Below, piece after piece: positions 13,005-22,678 of a stretch of DNA of 32,000 nucleotides. The position numbers were made by a program, and so were the translations under genes. The notes beneath the pieces are model-generated. The model worked only from the letters and a program-made list of their open reading frames with translations, was not told the origin of the DNA and made no database searches. This DNA is from Buchnera aphidicola str. APS (Acyrthosiphon pisum) (GTDB taxonomy: Bacteria > Pseudomonadota > Gammaproteobacteria > Enterobacterales > Enterobacteriaceae): the NCBI RefSeq assembly GCF_000009605.1, contig NC_002528.1:330001-362000 (forward strand). Direction: 5' to 3'. Position 1 is the stretch's first letter. Every line of letters starts with the position of its first letter.

Positions 13005-13660
13005 TCATGTTTTTATCTTTTCAATAATATATCCCATGGCAGTTTTAATAACTTCCGACAAACTCATATAAGTAGAATCTAATATTATAGCATTTTTTGG
13101 TATGCATAAAGGAGAAATTAATCGATTTTGATCACGTTTATCACGCGTCTTCATTTGTATAAATAATTTCTGAAAATCAACATGATAACCATTTTTTTTT
13201 AATTCTAACATTCTTCTTTTAACACGTACTTCCAAATCAGCATTTAAAAAAAATTTAATTATAGCATCTGGAAATACTACTGTACCCATATCACGTCCTT
13301 CTGCTACTAAACCCGGCATACATCGCATCAACCTTTGTTTTTTGAGTAAAATTTTTCTAACACGAGGATAAACTGACAATTGAGAAGACACTTTACTAAT
13401 TATATCTAGATTTTTTGACTTATAAAAATAATTAATAGTTTTTTTTTAATTAATTCGGAATCTAGATTATCTAATAAGTTAACAATATTTTTTTCTATCA
13501 TAGTAATATTTTTATTTAATACCAAAAATGCTAGTAATCTATAAAATTGGCCTGACTCTAACAACGACCAATTCAATTTATTTGCTATTATTTTAGAAAG
13601 AGAGCTTTTGCCAACACCACTAGGGCCGTCAATGGTGACAACAGGAATGTGATTTATCAT
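13005..13660 (-). pseudogene. cmk: Cytidylate kinase with its frame broken inside an A9 tract; either a pseudogene or a slippage-dependent gene
   Basis: ORF 13406..13660 encodes the N-terminus with the P-loop TIDGPSGVGKSS. ORF 13005..13391 encodes the C-terminus (YPRVRKILLKKQR, PGLVAEGRDMGTVVFPDA, RDKRDQNR) in a different frame. Joined at the A-run they give about 218 codons, against 227 in E. coli Cmk. Confidence 0.85.
13439..13447 (-). repeat. A9 homopolymer (T9 on the + strand), the only place the two cmk frames can be joined
   Basis: The minus strand reads GAA TTA ATT AAA AAA AAA CTA and reaches TAG 11 codons later. The second frame is closed by T+AA at the start of the run and open from there on (A AAA AAA ACT ATT AAT ...). 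A9 to A10 restores one ORF. Confidence 0.9.
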
Positions 13661-13715
13661 ATTTTAATTTTTTTATTATTAAAAAATTGTATTAAAATTT
13701 TTTTTTAAAAATTCA

Positions 13716-14999
13716 TCAGATTTTACTGATAGATAAAAAATCTTTAAAATAAGATGGAAAAGTTTTTGAAATACAATTAGGATTAAGTATGTTGACACCT
13801 ACTCCAGATAAAGATATAAGTGAAAAACACATAGCCATGCGATGATCGTTATAAGTTTCAATACTAGAGTATTGAAAAAAAATAGGTGGAGAAATAGATA
13901 AAAAGTCTCTACCCTCTTCAACTATAGCACCGATCTTTCTTAATTCTATAGTCATGGCAGATAAACGATCAGTTTCTTTAACTCGCCAGTTATATATATT
14001 TCTAATAATCGTCGTGCCTTTAGAAAAAAGAGCTAAAATTGCCACAGTCATTGCTGCATCAGGAATATGGTTCATATCTAAATCTATTGCGTTTAATTTA
14101 TTACGGGTACAAGTAATAGAATAGTCTTCCCAAAAAATTGTCGCTCCCATTTTTTCAAGAATATTTGCAAATTCTATATCACCTTGAATACTTTTTTTGC
14201 CAACACCAGTAACTTTAATAGAACCACCTTTAATAGCAGCAGCAGCTAAAAAATAAGAAGCTGAAGAAGCATCTCCTTCAATTGTATATTTTCCTGGTGT
14301 TTTATACTGTTGTTTACCTTTAATATAGAATACATTATAAGAATCATGTTCAATATTGACTCCAAAAATTTTAATTAAATTCAATGTAATATCAATATAA
14401 GGTTTAGAAACTAAATTTCCTTTTATAAAGATTGTGGTATCTTTTAAAGCAAGAGGAGTACTTATTAATAATGATGTTAAAAATTGACTAGAAATATTCC
14501 CATTTAAAAAAATAGAACCTCCTAAAAAACCCCCTTTTGTACATATAGGAGGATATCCTTTATTTTTTTTATATTCTATAACAGCACCTCCTTGTATTAA
14601 AGCGTCGACAAGGTCTCCAATCGGTCTTTCGTGCATTCTATCATCGCCATTTAATAAAATGTTATTTTTATGTAAAGATAATACAGAAAGAAGAGGTCGT
14701 ATAGCAGTACCTGCATTTCCTAAATACAATGAAATAGCTTCAGATAAATGAAAAGGTCCTCCTATTCCTTGAACATGACATGTTTTTTTATCATCAGATA
14801 AATTATACCTAACTCCTAGTTTTTTTAAAGCATTCAACATGTGTTGAGTGTCATGACTATTTAGTAAATTAGTTAAACATGTTGTGCCCTTAGCTATTGA
14901 AGAAAGTAATAAAACTCTATTCGAAATACTTTTTGAACCCGGCAAACAAACAGTTCCATTTACATGAGAGATTGGTTTTAAATCAAGAGAATTTTGCAT
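13716..14999 (-). CDS. aroA: 3-phosphoshikimate 1-carboxyvinyltransferase (EPSP synthase)
   Basis: The 427-aa ORF has the same length as E. coli Aro[32 protein letters not shown] and [10 protein letters not shown] are present. Confidence 0.97.
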   Translation of the reverse strand: MQNSLDLKPISHVNGTVCLPGSKSISNRVLLLSSIAKGTTCLTNLLNSHDTQHMLNALKKLGVRYNLSDDKKTCHVQGIGGPFHLSEAISLYLGNAGTAIRPLLSVLSLHKNNILLNGDDRMHERPIGDLVDALIQGGAVIEYKKNKGYPPICTKGGFLGGSIFLNGNISSQFLTSLLISTPLALKDTTIFIKGNLVSKPYIDITLNLIKIFGVNIEHDSYNVFYIKGKQQYKTPGKYTIEGDASSASYFLAAAAIKGGSIKVTGVGKKSIQGDIEFANILEKMGATIFWEDYSITCTRNKLNAIDLDMNHIPDAAMTVAILALFSKGTTIIRNIYNWRVKETDRLSAMTIELRKIGAIVEEGRDFLSISPPIFFQYSSIETYNDHRMAMCFSLISLSGVGVNILNPNCISKTFPSYFKDFLSISKI

Positions 15000-15065
15000 G
15001 ATAAATATACGCTCTATTTAATTAAAGTTCAAAAATAGTATTTTAAAAAATAAACTAGAGATAAT

Positions 15066-16151
15066 TCATCCATATCGCTTTTCAAAATACGACATAAATT
15101 TTACTAAAGATTCAACACCTTCTAATGGCATAGCATTATAAAGAGATGCACGCATTCCACCTACTATACTATGCCCTCTTAAATAATTTAAACCTGTTTT
15201 AGAAGCTTCTTTTAAAAAAATATAATTTAATTTAGGATTAACAAGATGAAAAACAACATTCATTTGTGATCTGTGTTTACTATTTATTTTATTTATATAA
15301 AAATCACTATTATCTATTTTTTTGTATAATAAATCTGATTTTTTTTTATTTAATTTTTCAATTGCTTTCAAACCACCTTGTTTTTTTAACCATTTAAAAA
15401 CTAATCCTGATAGATACCAAGCAAACGTAGGTGGTGTATTGAACATAGAATGATGGTCTGATATTTTTTTATAATCTAAAATCGAAGGAGTCATCTTCGA
15501 CGAATATCCTATAATATTTTTTCGAATAATAATTATAGTTATGCCTGCAGGACCAATATTTTTTTGAGCACCTGCATAAATGAGATCATAGTTTTTTATG
15601 TTAATTGAACGCGATAATATAAAAGATGAAAAGTCTCCAACAACAATTTTGTTTTCAAAGACCGGCTCTTCATAAATTGATAATCCATCTATTGTTTCGT
15701 TCGGACAATAATGAATATATGCAGAATTTTCGTTAATATTCCATTTATGCATTGGTAAAAGGGATTCTTTTACACCATTAGTTTCTCTGATAAATATAGA
15801 TCGAGGAGTGCAGTATTTTTTAGCTTCCATGAAAGCTGAATTTGACCAATAACCACTATTAATATAATCTGCTGTCTGTAAATTATTCAATAAATTCATT
15901 GGAATAGCGGAAAATTGGCCCCTAGCACCGCCTTGACAAAACAATACTTTAAAAGAATCTGGTATTTTTAATAAATCTCTTAAGTCTTTTTCAGCTTCTA
16001 AAGCCATTTGAATAAATTCTTCACTACGATGACTGATTTCCATTATAGAAGAACCTAAATTCTTCCAATTATGCAATTCTTTTTTAGCCTGATTAAGAAC
16101 ATCTCTTGGAATCATAGCTGGACCGGCACTAAAATTATAAATTAAATTCAT
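15066..16151 (-). CDS. serC: Phosphoserine aminotransferase
   Basis: 361-aa ORF with N-terminus YNFSAGPAMIP..VL and MEISHRSEEF. The PLP-lysine region YAGAQKNIGPAG and the C-terminal GGMRASLYNAMP are present. It forms the classical serC-aroA pair. Confidence 0.96.
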   Translation of the reverse strand: MNLIYNFSAGPAMIPRDVLNQAKKELHNWKNLGSSIMEISHRSEEFIQMALEAEKDLRDLLKIPDSFKVLFCQGGARGQFSAIPMNLLNNLQTADYINSGYWSNSAFMEAKKYCTPRSIFIRETNGVKESLLPMHKWNINENSAYIHYCPNETIDGLSIYEEPVFENKIVVGDFSSFILSRSINIKNYDLIYAGAQKNIGPAGITIIIIRKNIIGYSSKMTPSILDYKKISDHHSMFNTPPTFAWYLSGLVFKWLKKQGGLKAIEKLNKKKSDLLYKKIDNSDFYINKINSKHRSQMNVVFHLVNPKLNYIFLKEASKTGLNYLRGHSIVGGMRASLYNAMPLEGVESLVKFMSYFEKRYG

Positions 16152-16189
16152 GATTCCACCAATGAAATTTTTTCTATTTTATTAATCAA

Positions 16190-17473
16190 CTAGTTTATAA
16201 ATTCTAATCCCTGCATATATTTCTTTTGTAAAACTTTGGGAATCTCTATGCGACCATTAGAATGTTGATAATTTTCTAAAATAGCAGCTAATGTTCTGCC
16301 TATTGCCAAACCAGAACCATTTAATGTGTGTACAAAAAAATTTTTTTGTTCAGATTTTTTTCTATAACGAGCTTTTATACGACGAGCTTGAAAATCGCTC
16401 ATATTAGAACATGATGAAACTTCTCTATATTTTTTTTCAGAAGGAAACCAAACTTCTAAATCGTAAGTTTTTACTGCTGCAAAACCTGTATCCCCTGTGC
16501 ATAAAAGCATTTTTCTATATGGTAAATTTAGAAGTTGTAAAACTTTTTCCGCATGATTAGTTAGTTTTTCTAATGCTTCATAAGATTTCTCTGGTTTAAC
16601 AATCTGTACTAATTCTACTTTATCAAATTGATGCAATCGAATTAATCCTTTAGTATCACGTCCATAAGAAGATGCTTCTGATCGGAAACAAGGAGTATGT
16701 GCAGTTAACATGATAGGTAAATCTTTTTCGTCTATGATTTGATCATAGACTAAATTAGTTAATGGAACTTCTCCAGTAGGAATTAATATGTACTTTTTTT
16801 TATCTGTCAAATTTATATGGAATAAATCATCACTGAATTTTGGTAATTGTCCTGTTCCATATAGAGCTTCAGAATGAACTAAATAAGGAACATAAGATTC
16901 TATATAACCATGTTTTAAAGTATGCAAGTCTAACATAAATTGACTAAGTGCACGGTGTAAAAGAGCAATTTTTCCCTTCATTATAACAAATCGTGATCCT
17001 GACATTTGTGCAGAAGATTTCCAATCTAATTCGTTAAATTTTTTTCCTAGCTCTATATGATCTTGGATTTCAAAATCATACTTCTTTTTTTGACCCCAGT
17101 ATTTAATTTCTTTATTATTAATCGATGTATTTCCCTCTGGAACATCGTCAGAAGGAATATTAGGTATGCACATAGAAAAATGATGTATTTTTTCTTTTAA
17201 AGAATTAAGTTCAATTTTAGAAGCGTTTAAATCTTTACTTGACTGTATAACTTGATGTCTTAACAATTCATTTTTATTCTTAATATTTTTGTTTTCTTTA
17301 AATAAATTTGATAAAGCATTATGCTTAAATTGCAAATTTTCAGTTTGAATCTGTAAAGTTTTTCTTTTTTCTTCCATAGAAGAAATTTTAGAAATATTTA
17401 ATTTATAACCTTTTTTTAATAGTTTTTTGGCTGTTAAATGTAATTCATTTCGTAATAAATAAGGATTTAACAT
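16190..17473 (-). CDS. serS: Serine--tRNA ligase
   Basis: 427-aa ORF with an N-terminal coiled-coil arm. Class II motifs are present: [21 protein letters not shown], and [18 protein letters not shown] at the C-terminus. Confidence 0.97.
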
Positions 17474-17820
17474 AGAGTGTTTTGCTCTTTTTGATTATCA
17501 ATGAAATTGTTTTTTTAAAAAATGTTAAATTTTTTTATAAGTGAATCATATATACAAAAAAATATTAAGTTTTATTTATAAAAACAAAGAATATTCTTTA
17601 AATCTAAAATAATAATCTTAATAGATTAAAATCTATTTTATATTATTTAAAAAAATATAATAGTGCTGTTATTAAACAATTTAATTAAAAATAACGCTGA
17701 TTATTTTATATTCCAATATTGTACAAAAAAAGAATTAATTTTTAATATCGTATAAAAACTATAATATTTATTATATTCTCAAGCAACTACATTACAGAGA
17801 TATTTTTTAAGGAAATTAAA

Positions 17821-18780
17821 GTGGATAAAGTTAAGCATAGTAAAATTATTATTTTAGGATCTGGACCAGCAGGTTATACTGCAGCTATATATGCTGCAAG
17901 AGCTAATTTAGATCCCTTTTTGATTACTGGGACAAATAAAGGAGGGCAATTAATGAATACTAATGAAATTGAGAATTGGCCGGGAGATTATAATAAAATA
18001 AGCGGGTCAGAATTAATGAATCGTATGTATAAACATGCTATTGAACTCAAGACTAAAGTAATCTGCGATACTGTAATTTCAGTAAATTTTAAAAAAAACC
18101 CTTTTTTTTTAATAGGGGAAAATAATAAATATACTGCTGATTCAGTTATTATTGCTACCGGAGCAAATCCTCGTTATTTAGGACTACAATCAGAAAGTTT
18201 ATTTAAAGGAAAAGGTGTTTCAACATGTGCTGTATGCGACGGTTTTTTTTATAAAAACAAAGAAGTTGCAGTTGTAGGAGGGGGTAATACAGCTATAGAA
18301 GAAACATTATATTTATCTAATTTCGTTAAAAAAGTTCATTTAATACACCGTGGAATTAATTTTAGAGCTGAAAAAATTTTACTTGACAGATTGGAAAAAA
18401 AAATAAAATCACAAAAAATAATAATTTATTTAAATTCTATTGTCAAAAATATATTAGGAAACTCTTCTGGAGTGACAGCGTTATTAATTGAACAAAAGAA
18501 CTCAAAAGAAAAAACAGAATCAAAAATTCAAGTTTCCGGATTATTTGTTGCAATCGGATACACCCCCAACACCAATATATTTGTTAATAAGTTAAAAATG
18601 AAAGATGGTTATATTCAAGTAACACGACAGGAACATGGAAATTACACTCAAACAAGTATTCCTGGTATATTTGCTGCAGGGGATGTAATAGATCACGTAT
18701 ACAGGCAAGCAATCACATCCTCTGCTAGTGGCTGTATGGCGGCTTTAGATAGTGAACGTTATATTAATTCTTTAGTATAA
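17821..18780 (+). CDS. trxB: Thioredoxin reductase (GTG start)
   Basis: 319-aa ORF with FAD site ILGSGPAGYTAAIYAARA, redox-active CAVCDG and NADPH site VVGGGNTAIEE. The GTG start at 17821 has SD AAGGA 7 nt upstream. The N-terminus aligns with E. coli MGTTKHSKLLILGSGPAG. Confidence 0.95.
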   Translation: MDKVKHSKIIILGSGPAGYTAAIYAARANLDPFLITGTNKGGQLMNTNEIENWPGDYNKISGSELMNRMYKHAIELKTKVICDTVISVNFKKNPFFLIGENNKYTADSVIIATGANPRYLGLQSESLFKGKGVSTCAVCDGFFYKNKEVAVVGGGNTAIEETLYLSNFVKKVHLIHRGINFRAEKILLDRLEKKIKSQKIIIYLNSIVKNILGNSSGVTALLIEQKNSKEKTESKIQVSGLFVAIGYTPNTNIFVNKLKMKDGYIQVTRQEHGNYTQTSIPGIFAAGDVIDHVYRQAITSSASGCMAALDSERYINSLV

Positions 18781-18825
18781 AAAAAACTGCATATTGAGAA
18801 TATTATATCATTTAAATACTAGTCA

Positions 18826-18848
18826 AAATGACTAGTATCTGATATAAT
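18826..18848 (+). repeat. 10-bp perfect hairpin between trxB and infA
   Basis: ATACTAGTCA (18826..18835), loop AAA, TGACTAGTAT (18839..18848). No T-run follows. A -10-like GATATAAT lies immediately downstream. Confidence 0.4.
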
Positions 18849-18886
18849 TAATAAAGTTTTTTAACTATAATAATTATGAGAAAAAA

Positions 18887-19105
18887 ATGTCTAAAGAAGA
18901 AAATATTGAAATGCAGGGAGTGGTAATAGATACGTTACCAAATACAATGTTTCGTGTTGAACTAGAAAACAAACATATTGTTACGGCACATATATCAGGA
19001 AAAATGAGAAAAAATTATATCAGAATATTAACAGGAGATAAGGTTACCGTAGAACTAACACCATATGATTTAACCAAGGGAAGAATTATTTTTAGAAGTC
19101 GTTAA
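18887..19105 (+). CDS. infA: Translation initiation factor IF-1
   Basis: The 72-aa ORF is nearly identical by eye to E. coli InfA ([72 protein letters not shown]). Confidence 0.98.
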   Translation: MSKEENIEMQGVVIDTLPNTMFRVELENKHIVTAHISGKMRKNYIRILTGDKVTVELTPYDLTKGRIIFRSR

Positions 19106-19273
19106 TAGAAGCTCGAAGAAAAAATAATATTAAAAACATAAAAAATCAATTATTCTCTGATAAATAAAATTCACTTCCCCAAACTTATCTATATTTAAAA
19201 AATCTTTTAAAAAAACTAAATAAAATAAATTTTTTCTTATTTTAAAAAATAAAAAAAATTTTAAAGAGAATTT

Positions 19274-21034
19274 ATGCGTACTAAATATTGTGGAAATATT
19301 CGAATCAGTCATGTAAATAAAAAAGTAAAATTATGTGGTTGGGTACATAAGGTAAGAAACCTTGGTCAATTTATTTTTGTTGATATGAGAGATTATACTG
19401 GACTCGTTCAAGTTATATTTGAATTAAAAAATTATAAAATTTTTAAAAAAGCTTTAAATTTAAGAAATGAATTTTGTATTCAAGTTTTTGGTACAGTACA
19501 AAAAAGAGAAAAAAAAAATCAAAATATAAAAATTAGAACTGGAGAAATAGAAATATTAGCAAATGTATTAAACATTTTAAATACTTCTAAATCGTTACCA
19601 TTAAATTTTACGCAAGAAAATAATGATGACTCAAGATTGAAATATCGATATTTAGATCTGCGTTCTTTTGATATTTTAGAAAATCTTAAAATAAGAAATA
19701 AAATAACTTATTTAATAAGAAATTTTATGACAAAAAAAAATTTTTTAGATATTGAGACTCCTATTCTTACTAAATCTACACCGGAAGGTGCAAGAGATTA
19801 TTTAGTACCTAGTCGAAATCATTACGGAAAATTTTATGCACTACCCCAATCTCCTCAACTATTCAAGCAAATATTAATGATTTCTGGAATAGATAGATAC
19901 TATCAGATAGTAAAATGTTTTCGTGATGAGGATTTACGTTCAGATCGACAACCAGAATTCACGCAAATTGATATTGAAGTCTCTTTTATGAGTGCTAAAA
20001 AAATACGTAATTTAGTAGAAAATCTTATAAAAAAACTTTGGTTAGAAATAAGAAATATTAATTTAAAAAAATTTCCTCAAATATCTTTTCATGAAGCTAT
20101 GAAAAAATATGGATCAGATAAACCTGATTTACGTAATCCAATCGAAATTATTGATGTGTCTAATATATTTAAAGATAAAAAATTTATATCATTTTTTAAT
20201 TTAAATCCTCAAAAAAATAATAGAATAGCATTATTATGTATTTCTAAAGGTGCACATTTAAGTAGAAAAAAAATTGATGATTATACTAAATACGTACAAA
20301 GATTTGATGCAAAAAAATTATTTTATATGAAAATAAAAGAATGCAAACTTGGATGTTTAGGTATTCATAGTTCTATAAAAAATATTTTAGATGAAATTAT
20401 TTTAAAAGAAATTATAGAAAAAAGCCAATCTAAAAACGGAGATATATTATTTTTAATTGCTGATCAGGAGCATATTGTCAATAAGTCACTTGGTATGTTA
20501 CGTTTAAAAATAGGAATTGATCTAAATATTACTAAAAAAAATAGATGGGAACCCCTTTGGATAGTTAATTTTCCTATGTTCGATAAAGATATACAAGGAA
20601 ATTTATCTTCTGTTCATCATCCATTTACTGCTGTGAAAAATATGGATAGAGAAATATTAAAAAATTCACCTGATCTTGCTATTTCAGATAGCTATGATCT
20701 TATAATAAATGGTTATGAAATTGGTGGAGGTTCAGTACGTATTCATGATGTTAACATGCAAAAACAAGTTTTTGATATTATTGGTATAAAAAAATCTATG
20801 CAAAATGAAAAATTCGGATTTTTAATAGAAGCATTAAAATATGGTGCTCCTCCACATGCAGGTATAGCTTTAGGATTAGATAGAATAGTCATGCTTTTAA
20901 CTAACAGTAAAAATATTAGAGATGTTATAGCTTTTCCAAAAACAACATCAGCAACCTGTTTAATGACCAATTCTCCTAGTACAGTAGATAATTTATTGTT
21001 ACAAGAATTAGCAATAAAACATTTAAAAAAATAA
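19274..21034 (+). CDS. aspS: Aspartate--tRNA ligase
   Basis: 586-aa ORF with N-terminus MRTKYCG....V...V.LCGWVH..R.LG.FIF.D.RD. Class II motifs FRDEDLRSDRQPEFTQID and GGGSVRIH...PPHAGIALGLDR are present. Confidence 0.97.
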   Translation: MRTKYCGNIRISHVNKKVKLCGWVHKVRNLGQFIFVDMRDYTGLVQVIFELKNYKIFKKALNLRNEFCIQVFGTVQKREKKNQNIKIRTGEIEILANVLNILNTSKSLPLNFTQENNDDSRLKYRYLDLRSFDILENLKIRNKITYLIRNFMTKKNFLDIETPILTKSTPEGARDYLVPSRNHYGKFYALPQSPQLFKQILMISGIDRYYQIVKCFRDEDLRSDRQPEFTQIDIEVSFMSAKKIRNLVENLIKKLWLEIRNINLKKFPQISFHEAMKKYGSDKPDLRNPIEIIDVSNIFKDKKFISFFNLNPQKNNRIALLCISKGAHLSRKKIDDYTKYVQRFDAKKLFYMKIKECKLGCLGIHSSIKNILDEIILKEIIEKSQSKNGDILFLIADQEHIVNKSLGMLRLKIGIDLNITKKNRWEPLWIVNFPMFDKDIQGNLSSVHHPFTAVKNMDREILKNSPDLAISDSYDLIINGYEIGGGSVRIHDVNMQKQVFDIIGIKKSMQNEKFGFLIEALKYGAPPHAGIALGLDRIVMLLTNSKNIRDVIAFPKTTSATCLMTNSPSTVDNLLLQELAIKHLKK

Positions 21035-21044
21035 GCTTTTATTT

Positions 21045-21833
21045 TTAATAAAAATGTTTTTTTATGTTACTTATTAAACATAAAAAAGAAGAACATAAAA
21101 CAATAGATGGACTAGCTGGTGTATTATAAAAAACAGATAAAGATATTCCTCCTGTAACAGATAAAATACTTACTATAATGGCAATTATAACCATTTTTTC
21201 CGGAGAACCTGAAAAATGTTGAGCAGTTGCAGGTGGAATAATTAATAAAGAAGTAATTAATAACGCACCTACAAATTTAATTGCTATAGCAATAGTAAAA
21301 GCTGTCATTAACATTATAGTTAAACGGGCATAAAGCACGTTTATACCGTCTATTTGAGATAATTCCTCATTAATAGTTGATGATAAGATAGAATGCCAAC
21401 GAAACAGCAGAATACTTAGTATTAATATACTGCTTATTGAAATAGTGATTAAATCATTTTTTGTTACAGATAGTAAATCACCAAATAAATAATTTGTAAT
21501 ATTTATTTCTTTTTTAGAAGATATCAAACTAATAAAGACCATTCCTAAAGATAATGAACTATGTGAGATTATATTTAATACAGTGTCTAATGAAACGGGT
21601 AATAGCTCTTCTAACCATGCCAAAATAATCGCAATGAAACTCATAAGAATTAGAATAGCATAAAATGAATTAATATTGAATGCAATAGATAATGCTATAC
21701 CAAGTAAAGAAGAGTGTGATAAAGTATCACCAAAAGATGACATACGACGCCACACGATAAATGATCCTAATGGACCAGTTGTTAAAGATAGCAAAACACC
21801 TGCTAACCATCCCGGAAAAATAAGTTCAAACAT
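21045..21833 (-). CDS. znuB: Zinc ABC transporter permease
   Basis: MFELIFPGWLAGVLLSLTTGPLGSFIVWRRMS aligns from residue 1 with E. coli ZnuB (MIELLFPGWLAG...). I therefore prefer the ATG at 21833 over the GTG at 21842 used by the ORF track. The rest is a polytopic hydrophobic ABC-3 family protein. Confidence 0.9.
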   Translation of the reverse strand: MFELIFPGWLAGVLLSLTTGPLGSFIVWRRMSSFGDTLSHSSLLGIALSIAFNINSFYAILILMSFIAIILAWLEELLPVSLDTVLNIISHSSLSLGMVFISLISSKKEINITNYLFGDLLSVTKNDLITISISSILILSILLFRWHSILSSTINEELSQIDGINVLYARLTIMLMTAFTIAIAIKFVGALLITSLLIIPPATAQHFSGSPEKMVIIAIIVSILSVTGGISLSVFYNTPASPSIVLCSSFLCLISNIKKHFY

Positions 21834-21890
21834 AAAAACCACTCTATAATTACTATGTTATTTTTTTAAAAAAAACACAATGTTATATAT

Positions 21891-22607
21891 TTAAAAATTA
21901 TGAATATGATTATGATTATGATGATAAATTGCTAATTCTTGAACACGTTTTAATCCAAATATAGAAATAAATTCTAGATTATTGCAAACAGTTTCTGGGG
22001 TTCCAGAACAACAAATATGATTATTTAGACAAATAACATCATCAGTTTTCGCCATAACAAAATTTAAATCATGAGAAACAATTAAAATAGCACATTGTAA
22101 TTCATGTCGAATTTCATTAATTAATTTATATAAAGCTAATTGTCCCATTACATCTACTCCTTGTGTTGGTTCATCTAACACCAGTAGATTAGGATTGTTT
22201 AACAAAGCTTTAGCAAAAAGTATTCGTTGCATTTCTCCACCAGATAATTTTTGTAATTGACAAAATTTTAAAGATTCTGCTTTTACACGTTTTAACATCT
22301 CTTCTATTTTTATGTTATTTGTTTTTCGTGATAATTTCATAAATCGTTCTACCGTAATAGGAAGAAGAGTATTAAGATGTAGTTTTTGAGGTACATAACC
22401 AACAGATAAATTGTTTGAACGAATAATTGTACCTGAATTAGGTTTTATTAATCCTAAAATAATACGTACTAAAGTAGATTTTCCAGCTCCATTAGGTCCA
22501 ATTAAAGTAAGAACACGATTAGAAATTAATGATAACGATATATCAGTAAGAATAGAACGATGAGATAAATTCACACAAACATTTTTTAATTTTACGAATT
22601 CAAACAT
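21891..22607 (-). CDS. znuC: Zinc ABC transporter ATP-binding protein
   Basis: 238-aa ORF with Walker A GPNGAGKST, ABC signature LSGGEMQR, Walker B LLVLDEPTQGVD and an H-loop SHD. It has a His-rich C-terminal tail HHNHNHIHN, as in ZnuC. Confidence 0.92.
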   Translation of the reverse strand: MFEFVKLKNVCVNLSHRSILTDISLSLISNRVLTLIGPNGAGKSTLVRIILGLIKPNSGTIIRSNNLSVGYVPQKLHLNTLLPITVERFMKLSRKTNNIKIEEMLKRVKAESLKFCQLQKLSGGEMQRILFAKALLNNPNLLVLDEPTQGVDVMGQLALYKLINEIRHELQCAILIVSHDLNFVMAKTDDVICLNNHICCSGTPETVCNNLEFISIFGLKRVQELAIYHHNHNHIHNF

Positions 22608-22678
22608 AGTTTTATAAATTATTTTTTTTAAATTCTAATATTATAGGATATATTTTAAAAAATAAAAATTAATATTAT

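Noticed and set aside
19130-19312. 60-aa ORF antisense across the infA-aspS spacer and the aspS start
   Set aside because: It consists of Phe/Lys/Ile-rich low-complexity sequence derived from AT-rich spacer. It overlaps the aspS start on the opposite strand and matches no motif.
20743-20970. 75-aa ORF antisense to aspS
   Set aside because: It lies opposite the highly conserved class II motif 3 region of aspS and is a shadow ORF.
21834-21842. GTG-initiated 3-codon extension of znuB
   Set aside because: The alignment to the E. coli ZnuB N-terminus starts at the ATG at 21833, so the GTG start is unnecessary.
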